A stretch of DNA of 64,000 nt from NCBI RefSeq assembly GCF_964355755.1, contig NC_092672.1:35098437-35162436 (forward strand), written 5' to 3'. Positions 44,301-54,309 of this stretch are shown here, piece after piece. The translations under genes were made by a program, and so were the position numbers. This DNA is from Antedon mediterranea. Lineage: Eukaryota > Animalia > Echinodermata. A model generated the notes under the pieces. That model was not told the origin of the DNA and searched no databases. It saw nothing but the letters and a program-made list of their open reading frames with translations. Within the stretch, counting starts at the first letter, position 1; every line of letters starts with the position of its first letter.

Positions 44301-47300
44301 TAAAATAGGGCTGCTAAGATTGTGACAAATATAAAATAGGGCTGCTAAGATTGTGACAAATATAAAATAGAGCTGCTAAGATTGTGACAAATATAAAATA
44401 GGGCTGCTAAGATTGTGACAAATATAAAATAGGGCTGCTAAGATTGTGACAAATATAAAATAGGGCTGCTAAGATTGTGACAAATATAAAATAGGGCTGC
44501 TAAGATTGTGACAAATATAAAATAGGGATGCTAAGATTGTGACAAATATAAAATAGGGATGCTAAGATTGTGACAAATATAAAATAGGGCTGCAAAGATT
44601 ATGACAAATATAAAATAGGGCTGCTAAGACTATGACAAATATAAAATAGGGCTGCTAAGATTGTGACAAATATAAAATAGGGCTGCTAAGATTATGACAA
44701 ATATAAAATAGGGCTGCTAAGATTGTGACAAATATAAAATAGGCCTGCTAAGGTTGTGACAAATATAAAATAGGGCTGCTAAGATAGTGACAAATATAAA
44801 ATAGGGCTGCTAAGATTGTGACAAATATAAAATAGGGCTGCTAAGATTGTGACATCAAAATATATATACATATCTTACTGATTACTGATGTTCTTGTATT
44901 TTCTTTTGATCAGTAAGTTGATGCTGTTTTCTGTTTTGTACTGCTGCAGTAAATGTAACAATATTGCTTGTCATGGTATTTATATGCGTCTCAATAATGT
45001 CTAAATGCAGACTAATCTTGTAAACATCACATATCTTACTGTATATGGTATTTGATGCAATACAACTCACATATCTTACTGTATATAGAATGCATTGCAA
45101 TACCACTTGTATGTCTTAATGTATGATGAACTCATAAAGGAATTTAATTGGCTAGATGACAGTAGGTTGTATGAGTTGATGACTTCACAGTAAATATCAA
45201 CATGTAGAGCAATAGTAGGCTACAATTAGTAAACAAAATTACACTCTAGTAATTATTTAATAAAGCATAAACATTTATTTACTCCAAATACATAGATTAT
45301 TTCTTAATGTCTTAAGTTTAATCAGTATTTTATCTACTGTTACATTAATAATTATTAATTAAAGTCAAATTTTGTTTTTTATTTTCCTTTAGTAGTTGTT
45401 GTTTTAATATCAAATTTGATGTAGAAATAAGATCAGTATACTAGTGGTGATTGTTGGATTTCTTTCCTACAAAAATTAAATTAGATTTAATTAATTATAT
45501 ATTTTGATTTATAATTTATTTACCTAACTTCAGTCCACATGTACTAAATATCTACGTCTTTAAACATAAACTGTCAGAGTATGATTTACATGATTAGTAA
45601 AAGGTAATTAGTCCAGAGAGATTGTGACTTTTGAAAAACAATTATGGGTGATCTTATTTTGTTAGAAAAATGTCACATACAGATGGTTCAACCATACTAT
45701 ACAGAAATCAGAAATAATATAAAATATGCTTAGAAATTAATTTACCTGTAACCCTGAATTTTAAACTAGTGTAAATTTATATAAAATCACTATTAGTATT
45801 GGATAACATGCACATTTTTAAATATTTACAAAAAAAGATAGACAAATTTTACATTCTATATCGTAAGGTCATGTTAAAATATTAAGTATCCACTAAAAGT
45901 TGTGTTTTTTATAAGAATTTAAGACTTTTAGCTTGAGTAGTAACATTATGCTGCATAAAGTAAGAAACCTGAGAATGAGCAATATCTGTTATCATCACTG
46001 TAGTAATAGTTATGGCTTGTACTACGTGGCTGAGTCCATACTTGATCACCTGATACCAGATCAAGAACCACCATTGTACTTACAGAATTATACCCAGTAG
46101 CACTTGTATATGCAGATACTTGATGATTCCCATTTTTCATAATCTGTGTTGAAATAATACCACCACCACTTGATTTCAATGATGCAACCTGGAATACATA
46201 AACACCTGGAATTGCACAGACAAACTTGCCTGTATCCAGAATGTAGTCATTTCCTACATTTGTAATTATTGTGTCATACTTCATTGGGCTAACGGCATGA
46301 CGACCTGGGTTTGATGTAAAAACTACTGAAAAGGCAGATTTCTGCTGAATAGCTTGTTCACCCTTTTCTCCCTTTACACCATTTGCACCTGGTTGTCCAA
46401 TGAGGCCTTGAGGTCCTTGTTCTCCTTTTAACCCATGTTCTCCAATCAATCCTTGTTCTCCTTTCATTCCTTGGTCACCTTTCACTCCATTCATTCCTTG
46501 TTCTCCTTTCACTCCATTCATTCCTTGTGGCCCTGATGCACCTGGATTACCATGCTGTCCTGGAATCCCAGGAATCCCAGATGTACAACAGCTATTACAA
46601 GCGTCAGTAGTACTTTGACCTGCTGCTTTCATGACAAAGATGATACTAATTTGTATAGTAACAATTGTGAAGAACATGTTAAATCTGAAAGAATCAAACA
46701 TAATTTCTTTGCTAAGGTAAATTTAAAGCCACTTTACCTACGTTTTCGTTATCTAATTTAAAGACACTATACCTGCAATTGTTGACAACATTAAACCAGG
46801 TAATTTCTTGTCTTAAATGTACATTCTAGGGTTAATTATGATAAAAAGAGAAAAATAATTCTCTAGATCAGTAGCTCCCGTTGAATGTCGCAGACTGTTT
46901 AAGCCTAGCTTAGCTAGGCTTAGTTCTGGCTGGTAAAGAGTGGTAACGTACGAATATCGTACGCTAGCTATATGCCTAGCCTGACGTCGTCTCGTTTGCT
47001 GAATTAATTTTCTTTAATACAAATTCGGGAAGACCTGATATTTTCACTGAAAAGTTACGGTAACGATTTGTTTAAATTTGTATATATGTATAGATATAAA
47101 CTGGTGCATAACATACTGTGAAGCTAAAAAAAACTAATTTCAATAAGTGATAATAATGTTTACTTTGGCCTTAAGACAACTACACCCTTAGTACATCTAC
47201 ACTCTTAGGACAACTACACCCTTAGGACAACTACACCCTTAGTACAACTACACCCTTAGTACAACTACACCCTCAAGACAACTACACCCTTAGTACAACT

Positions 47301-50300
47301 ACACCCTCAAGACTACTACACCCTTAGGACAACTGCACCCTTAGTACAACTACACCCTTAAGACAACTACACCCTAGGACAACTACACCCTTAGTACAAC
47401 TACACCCTTAAGACAACTACACCCTAGGACAACTGCACCCTTAGTACAACTACACCCTCAAGACAACTACACCCTTAAGACAACTACACCCTAGGACAAC
47501 TACACCCTTAAGACAACTACACCCTTAGTACAACTACACCCTTAAGACAATTACACCCTTTAGTAAAACTAAACCCTTAGTACAACTACACCCTTTAGTA
47601 AAACTACACCCTTAGGACAACTACACCCTTTAGTAAAACTACACCCTTAGTACAACTACACCCTTAGGACAACTACACCCTTAGGACAACTACACCCTTA
47701 GGACAACTACACCCTTAGGACAACTACACCCTTAGGACAACTACACCCTTAGTACAACTACACCCTTAGGACAACTACACCCTTAGGACAACTACACCCT
47801 TAAGACAACTACACCCTTAAGACAACTACACCCTTAGTACAACTACACCCTTAGTACAACTACACCCTTAGTACAACTACACCCTCAGTACAACTCCACC
47901 CTTAGTACAACTACACCCTTAGGACAACTACACCCTTAGGACAACTACACCCTTAGTACAACTACACCCTTAGGACAACTACACCCTTAGGACAACTACA
48001 CCCTTAGGACAACTACACCCTTAAGACAACTACACCCTTAGGACAACTACACCCTTAGGACAACTACACCCTCAAGACAACTACACCCTTAAGACAACTA
48101 CACCCTTAAGACAACTACACCCTTAAGACAACTACACCCTTTAGTACAACTACACTCTTAGTACAACTACACCCTTAGGACAACTACACCCTTAAGACAA
48201 CTACACCCTTAAGACAACTACACCCTTTAGTACAACTACACCCTTAGTACAACTACACCCTTAAGACAACTACACCCTTAAGACAACTACACCCTTTAGT
48301 ACAACTACACTCTTAGTACAACTACACCCTTAGGACAACTACACCCTTAAGACAACTACACCCTTTAGGACAACTACACCCTTAGGACAACTACACCCTT
48401 AGGACAACTACACCCTTAGTACAACTACACCCTTAGTACAACTACACCCTTAGGACAACTACACCCTTAGTACAACTGCACCCTTAGTACAACTACACCC
48501 TTAGTACAACTACACCCTTAGTACAACTACACCCTTAGTACAACTACACCCTCAGTACAACTACACCCTCAGTACAACTACACCCTTAGGACAACTACAC
48601 CCTTAGGACAACTACACCCTTAGTACAACTACACCCTTAGTACAACTACACCCTTAGTACAACTACACCCTTAGTACAACTACACCCTTAGTACAACTAC
48701 ACCCTTAGTACAACTACACCCTTAGGACAACTACACCCTTAAGACAACTACACCCTTAAGACAACTACACCCTTAGTACAACTACACCCTTAGTACAACT
48801 ACACCCTTAGTACAACTACACCCTTAGTACAACTACACCCTTAGTACAACTACACCCTTAGTACAACTACACCCTTAGTACAACTACACCCTTAAGACAA
48901 CTACACCCTTAGTACAACTACACCCTTAGTACAACTACACCCTTAGTACAACTACACCCTTAGTACAACTACACCCTTAGTACAACTACACCCTTAGTAC
49001 AACTACACCCTTAGTACAACTACACCCTTAGTACAACTACACCCTTAGTACAACTACACCCTTAGTACAACTACACCCTTAGGACAACTACACCCTTAGT
49101 ACAACTACACCCTTAGTACAACTACACCCTTAGTACAACTACACCCTTAGTACAACTACACCCTTAGTACAACTACACCCTTAGGACAACTACACCCTTA
49201 GTACAACTACACCCTTAGGACAACTACACCCTTAGTACAACTACACCCTTAAGGCAACTACACCCTTAATATGTAAAGGGCAGATAAGATTGTGACAAAT
49301 ATAAATTATACTTACCCAAGATTCATGGTTACTTGTTGACTTGTTTCTCTTGATAGTTAAGTGGATGTTCCTTTTCTTCTGCTGTAATACGCTGATGTCA
49401 AACAATTTGCTTTTCCTTGTATTTATATGTGTCCCAAATGTTTGTAAACAATACATCACAAACCTCTTTACCATATATGGAGTTTATTGCAAGTCGGCCT
49501 ACATACCTTACTGTATATGGAGTTGCAATCCTGCTGACATACCTTACTGTATATAGAATTCATCACCTTTTATACCATACTAAACATGGAGTTATTTATT
49601 TTATTTATTTCAAGTGTTGACATAGTATAGTATATCTCTGGCATATAGAGTTCTGCGGTGCGGACAAAACAAACTAAAATTTCAAAATATCACTAAATAT
49701 TTGTTTTTAATGATCTATTTTTCTTCGACAGTTTAAGTTTAAAAAAATCAAGCTAAGATAAATAATTTGATAGAAATACAGATCTATACAGTTTATCAAC
49801 ATAGTAGCGTTGAATGCATTTTTTGGTTGGCTAGCAAACATGCAGCACCCTCTATCGTTGTGACGTAACACCGTAGAACTCTATAGCTATTTTTTGTTGG
49901 CTACTTCCCGCATACCTTACTGTATATCAATAAAGCTCATGTAACTTTACTGAAGGATTTCAATACAACTTGCATATCTTACATACATTACAAAATTATG
50001 TAAAGTGAACAGCATATTACCAAAAAGTGTAGAGTACAGTATGATTAGTAAAATAGATAAATATTAGAAAAATAGTTGCTTAATATCATATATTCTCAAT
50101 TTATTTAAAATCACATTGTATTGTTTGTAGGCTTTTCAACTTGATCAGAGGAATGTTCAAGCACTTCTCCTAAAAGGTAGCGTTTTAAAAGAAATCGGCA
50201 AAACACAAGATGCATTATTACACTACAGGGAAGCTGTTAGACTGGCGCCCAACAGATTTGAAGCCCATAAAGGTACTATCTTTTCCAACATCACACTGCC

Positions 50301-53300
50301 TGAGAATGGAAAACTGATTTAGGTTTTATAATCAAATACAGAACGTATTAAAGTTATTATAAATATAAAGCTCTGTCTACACTATCAAACTTTATGTAAC
50401 AAAACATGTGATGTGCCCATATATGGACATGATGATGTCATATTAATACCATATTTTAGCATATCACTACCATATTTGGGCACATCACGCTTTTTAAAAC
50501 TAGTTTGATAGTGTAGACAGAGCTTAAAAGAGAATAAAACCTTTAGAGCACAATGTTTTAGAATCGTGCATTATAGTATGGTTTTTATTTTAAAATCCAG
50601 GTGTCGTAGAATGCTTAATGAAGGCAGGTCGTATTCGTGAGGCTATAACCACAGCAACCAACACGTGCAAGGTGCTTGGTAATACGGCCAGGTGTATTAC
50701 TCTTGTTGCTGCTGTTTTGTCAAAAGACCGACTTTCAAAGGACAAAGTAAGAAGACAAGTATAAGTTGTATCATTAATTAATGCAAATTAATAAATAAGT
50801 TCTTGGATTAATTTTATTTTGATTTAATTTATATTAAAACTAAACAAGCCAGTACAGGGTTTTACCACCAGTACGGTTGGTAAGATTTCAACCTGACTAT
50901 TTTTTCACAGAGGCCTTTGACAACACTGTGGCTTGAACAGAGATTGTTCATTTTCTTGCGCAAACCAGACCACTTTATTTCTTGTGGCTACATCACTACA
51001 GTATGATATAGTCTTAAATCTTGCTTCAAATCTTGGGCTCTTCACTCCCAGTTATATTTGCCTCATATGACCATAAACAAGGCCATATTCATGGCTGCAG
51101 TCGCATGCTCAAGTTAGTGTTTACCGACCAACTGACCGACAAACCGTCCGACATAGTGAGCTGCAAAGTCGCGTTGCACGCAACTAAAATTCGAGATAGC
51201 TTACTTACGCCATGTAACATAGGCGTAGATGAATAGAACAAATCGAAAGGGATTTTCTAATTATCTATGGTTTATGTAAGCTACCTGATGATGGGCTATG
51301 CCTGAAACATGTCGTAAAAATAAATCTATATTGAGGCAGTTTTAACTTATTTGATCTTGATTTTTTTCTATATCCTGCCTATGCAGCTCTTTGATTTATA
51401 TGTTTATGTAAGCTATATATTTAAGATTACCATGGATTAAGAGATGATCTTTATCCAAGGTCCTGAATAGTCAACCATGGATTAAGAAATGTTCTTTATC
51501 CAAGGTCCCAAATTGACAACTATGGATTAAGAGATGATCTTTATCCAAGGTTCCTAATAGACAACCATAGATTAAGAGATGATCTTTATCCAAAGGTCCA
51601 GAATTGACAACCATGTATTAAGAGATGATATTTATCTAAGGTCCCGAATTGACAACCATGGATTAAGAGATGATCTTTGTCCAAGGTCCCGAATAGACAA
51701 CCATGGATTAAGAGATGAGCTTTATCCAAGGTCCCGAATAGACAACCATGGATTAAGAGATGATCTTTATCCAAGGTCCCGATTAGACAACCATAGATTA
51801 AGAGATGATCTTTATCCAAGGTCCCGAATAGACAACCATGGATTAAAAGATGATCTTTATCCAAGGTCCCGAATAGACAACAATGGATTAAGAGATGATC
51901 TTTATCCAAGGTCCCGAATAGACAACAATGGATTAAGAGATGATCTTTATCCAAGGTCCCGAATAGACAACCATGGATTAAGAGATGATCTTTATCCAAG
52001 GTTCCAAATAGACAACCATGGATTAAGAGATGATCTTTATCCAAGGTCCTGAATAGTCAATCATGGATTAAGAGATGATCTTTATCCAAGTTCCTGAAGA
52101 CAACCATGGATTAAGAGATGATCTTTATCCAAGGTCCCGAATAGACAACCATGGATTAAGAGATGATCTTTATCCAAGTTCCTGAAGAGACAACCTTAGT
52201 TAAAAATGTTGCATCATATTATGTATATAAAAATACAATATTGATTATTCAAATCATGTAATGCAAACAAATATATAATTAGATATTTCTGTTCTTTTAG
52301 GCAAAAACAATGCTTGAGAGAGCTTTAACTTTGGACTCAACATTTCTAGAGGCTACTTACATATTGACAGAGCTGTACATGGAAGAAAGAAACTTTGATG
52401 CAGCTATGGCACTGTAAGCCAAAGCTGTTATACCAAGGCATTCTAACAACAGGAGACTGAGCTCGCTTTGCCAAGTCCTTAGATCTTAAGTCTGGCTGCG
52501 ACAAATACCAACAGTACTGTACTATGTACATGTTCTCCGTGGCGCGCAGTGTCTCTTAAGGGACGTGGAACTGATCGTGTTGCAACCATAGATAAACTCT
52601 TTGATCTCCGGAGCTCAGCATCCTGTTGTTCTGAGTGTTCTTACTTACTGTAATCTAAAGCTCTGTCTACACTATCAAATTAGTTGACAAAATAAGTGTG
52701 ATATTCCCAAATATGGTAGTGATATGACATCATCATGTCTATATAGACACATCACATTTTTTTGTCACATAAAGTTTTATAGTGTAGACAGAGCTTTAAA
52801 TATTTCTTTGATTTCTCAACATTATCAAATGAGCGGTTTAGAGTCTCTTTGCCTTTGAATTTCTTGTTGATTGTTTTATCCAGGTTAAGAAAGCACTTGT
52901 TTCACATAAGTACATGTCGTTTGCATCAAATGTTAGGAGACTGTTTAGCTGCATCAAATGAACATATAGATGCTATTGATCAATATAATATAGCACTTAG
53001 GTGAGTTCTTGTATCATTTCATATTGTTACTATCCAATAGTAATGTAAAGCCCTATCTACACTATCAAACTAGTTTGATGTGCCCAAATATGGTAGTGAT
53101 ATGCCCAAATATGGTAGTGATATACCCAAATATAGTAGTGATATGCCCAAATTAGTAATATGACATCATCATGTCCATATATGGTTCACATCACATTTTT
53201 TGTCACATTAAGTTTGATAGTGTAGACAGAGCTTTATTCTTTAAACTATATAATGTTAAATCTTATTTACATGCTTAGTTATTGACTTCTTAGTTTTCCA

Positions 53301-54309
53301 TCGTAAATCTTTAACAAATGCTTTGCAAGAAAGTTATGCCATTAAAAAAGGCATTGTTTCAACTTTAGACACTGAGTGGAACAATTATTGAGCAACTTGT
53401 TTTCCGAACGCGATCAGTCAACAACGTCTCGTGGCAAAAATTCTAAAAATGTTTACTGAAAGCTGCATTAGAGCCGTTCATTTAATCAAGTTAAAGTTTC
53501 CATGAGATAATTCCAAATGACATGTGATGCCTATTTGACCAATAAAATTGCAAGAATACAATCGTGTTTATATAATATAAACTTAATATTAACTTTGTAA
53601 ATGATAGCTTGGACAACAAGAACAAGAAGGCAAGAGATGGCCTTGAGAGAGTCGAGAAAAGTCGTGATAATCTTGATCCAGGTGTAGATGATGATATGGA
53701 AGGCATGGAAGAAAGTGGAGAGGATGTGGATTATGATGCAAGTGATGCTGAGGCCTCTTGGGTTGATGGAAGTGAGGTATTGCATTTTAATAGTTATTAT
53801 TTTCATTATAATCTGCCACACAACATTCACATACATTATGATAAACAATTTTAAAACAATGTATTACCAGGGAAGAGTGAAATTTGTATAATGGAAGTGA
53901 AGTAATGCAGTTTAATAGTTATTATATTTATTACAATCTTTATTTGCCACACAACATTCACACATGTTATTATAAACAATTTTAAAACAATGTATTAAAT
54001 ATGTATAATATACTAATAATGTAATTTCACTCTTACCTGGTATTACCCTATATCTGCAAACAATTGCAAATAAATTGTAGTTGATTTGTTAACATTTTAA
54101 AAATAAATATACCTCTGTCTTCAGTAGCATAAATGTTCAGCACCTGTTCGGTCTCTCTTATTAGTAGAAATTTGAATTTAAAAAAAAGGATAAATTTTTT
54201 GAACAACCATTGCTATAATTTGAATTCATATTTTCAATGTAAATCAATTTTATTTACTTTCATAAATATTTAAATTAACTGTATTTTTATTCTTTTTCAG
54301 TGGTATTGA
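23336..54309 (+). CDS. ANAPC7: Anaphase-promoting complex subunit 7 (TPR protein), 15 coding exons
   Basis: Exons 23336-23401, 23811-23933 (ELLTPSEKYQVLVYYAGSL), 24297-24467, 24745-24860, 25409-25522 (QCPLALEAAQGLLALGVKGAEV), 26012-26099, 26586-26681, 27216-27304, 27617-27734 (RAVYFAQR), 50131-50272 (AFQLDQRNVQALLLKG..HYREAVRLAP), 50601-50746, 52301-52413, 52884-53000, 53608-53776, 54301-54309; phases are compatible across the 22.4-kb intron. Confidence 0.95.
24928..25365. repeat. Tandem array of four truncated family A MITE halves (~95-100 bp unit)
   Basis: 4x GTTCTCATTGCTTAAAGCTCTGTCCACACTATCA...GATGATGTCATACCACTAC. Confidence 0.85.
28327..28634. mobile_element. Palindromic (foldback) interspersed element
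   Basis: ~75-bp arms centred on CGAGGCAAAGCCGAG (28327-28482); its right part recurs at 21672-21744. Confidence 0.65.
28802..28900 (-). pseudogene. Orphan 3' fragment of a C1q gene
   Basis: Minus: VWTQPYSSG / frameshift / YNYYYSDAYRYCSFLGFLLYAR*, homologous to the ends of the neighbouring C1q genes. Confidence 0.85.
29425..33111 (-). CDS. Secreted collagen/C1q-domain protein, copy 1
   Basis: Exon 1 33111-33101 (ATG TAT CTT GG|gtaagt) + exon 2 30184-29425: signal-like MYLGFYMFFTIATIQISITYA, CNSCC, 29 Gly-X-Y, gC1q (SAFSV..TGKFVC.IPGVYVF..FSGFLLY). Confidence 0.92.
30455..30945 (-). mobile_element. 3' remnant of a CR1/L2-like LINE
   Basis: Minus strand encodes GGHKLWNELS; microsatellite-like tail near 30455-30470; absent from the paralogous introns. 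Confidence 0.55.
31071..32710. mobile_element. 1.64-kb non-autonomous PIF/Harbinger-like element in C1q copy 1 intron
   Basis: Perfect 30-bp TIR GGCGTCATCTACAAATTATTTCAGACCACA; TTA TSD (31068-31070, 32711-32713); subterminal CAGACGCGT repeats. Confidence 0.9.
32850..33055. repeat. 31-bp minisatellite, ~7 units
   Basis: AAATATAAAATAGGGCTGCTAAGATTGTGAC. Confidence 0.9.
33185..33330 (-). promoter_or_regulatory. Putative C1q core promoter (TATA plus repeated ATATA(C/T)AGTAAGATATGTG motif)
   Basis: TATAAATA on minus strand at ~33214-33221, ~100 bp upstream of the ATG; conserved upstream of all four paralogues. Confidence 0.5.
34403..37384 (-). CDS. Secreted collagen/C1q-domain protein, copy 2
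   Basis: Exon 1 37384-37374 + exon 2 35174-34403; same architecture as copy 1. Confidence 0.92.
35620..37328. repeat. 31-bp minisatellite, ~55 units
   Basis: Same unit as 32850-33055. Confidence 0.95.
38718..39491 (-). CDS. Collagen/C1q-domain protein, copy 3 (leader exon apparently non-coding; starts at exon 2 ATG)
   Basis: Intact 257-aa ORF; acceptor at 39499-39500; homologous first exon ends ~44879 but lacks ATGTATCTTGG. Confidence 0.9.
   Translation of the reverse strand: MIFTIATIQISIIYAQTDTVACNSCCTAGVPGIPGNHGNPGVSGPQGMNGVKGEQGIKGEHGMNGEQGIIGDNGRNGLDGIPGKLGPKGPQGLIGPSGVNGVKGEKGEQGPQGLIGSVKGEQASQQKSAFSVAFTSNPGRHAVSPMKYNTIITDVGNHYNKETGKFVCAIPGVYVFQVTSMKSSGGGSVLTRIMKNGSFQVSTWTSATGYNSVSTMVVLDLVSGDQVWTQPYSTTYNYYYSDDNRYCSFSGFLLYAA
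40040..44854. repeat. 31-bp minisatellite, ~130 units, interrupted at 40389-41104
   Basis: Same unit with scattered single-base variants. Confidence 0.95.
40389..41104 (-). mobile_element. Non-autonomous Helentron/DINE-1-like element
   Basis: Minus: 5' GGTTATCCGC..GCGGATAACC stem, subterminal IR CGGATAACC, 3' hairpin GAACTCGTCA-AAG-TGACGAGTTC then CTAG; inserted in a T-run without TSD. Confidence 0.8.
45946..49326 (-). CDS. Secreted collagen/C1q-domain protein, copy 4
   Basis: Exon 1 49326-49316 (ATG AAT CTT GG|gtaagt) + exon 2 46684-45946; 25 Gly-X-Y, gC1q. Confidence 0.92.
47130..49268. repeat. 17-bp minisatellite, ~125 units
   Basis: ACAACTACACCCTTAGT with AGG/AAG variants. Confidence 0.95.
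49644..49885. mobile_element. MITE upstream of C1q copy 4
   Basis: TIR TATAGAGTTCTGCGGTG / CACCGTAGAACTCTATA; one end recurs at ~8798-8846. Confidence 0.7.
51078..51184 (-). mobile_element. Short Helentron/DINE-1-like element
   Basis: AAACAAGGCC.. end, CCGA microsatellite, terminal stem AGTCGCGTTGCACGCAACT followed by an A-run. Confidence 0.55.
51282..51316 (+). ncRNA. Minimal hammerhead ribozyme motif in a Penelope-like insertion (51284-51401)
   Basis: TAC CTGATGA T GGGC TAT GCCT GAAAC AT GTC GTA; insertion flanked by 14-bp direct repeat GTTTATGTAAGCTA. Confidence 0.6.
51425..52195. repeat. 45-bp minisatellite, ~17 units
   Basis: GACAACCATGGATTAAGAGATGATCTTTATCCAAGGTCCCGAATA in ANAPC7 intron 11. 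Confidence 0.95.

Noticed and set aside
35620-49268. 31-bp and 17-bp arrays as CRISPR-like or telomeric arrays
   Set aside because: Head-to-tail units with no unique spacers, no cas genes and a eukaryotic context; the 17-mer is not (TTAGGG)n.
51579-52052. 157-aa and 152-aa repeat ORFs on both strands
   Set aside because: By-products of a 45-bp (multiple of 3) intronic minisatellite; no convincing start or splice context.
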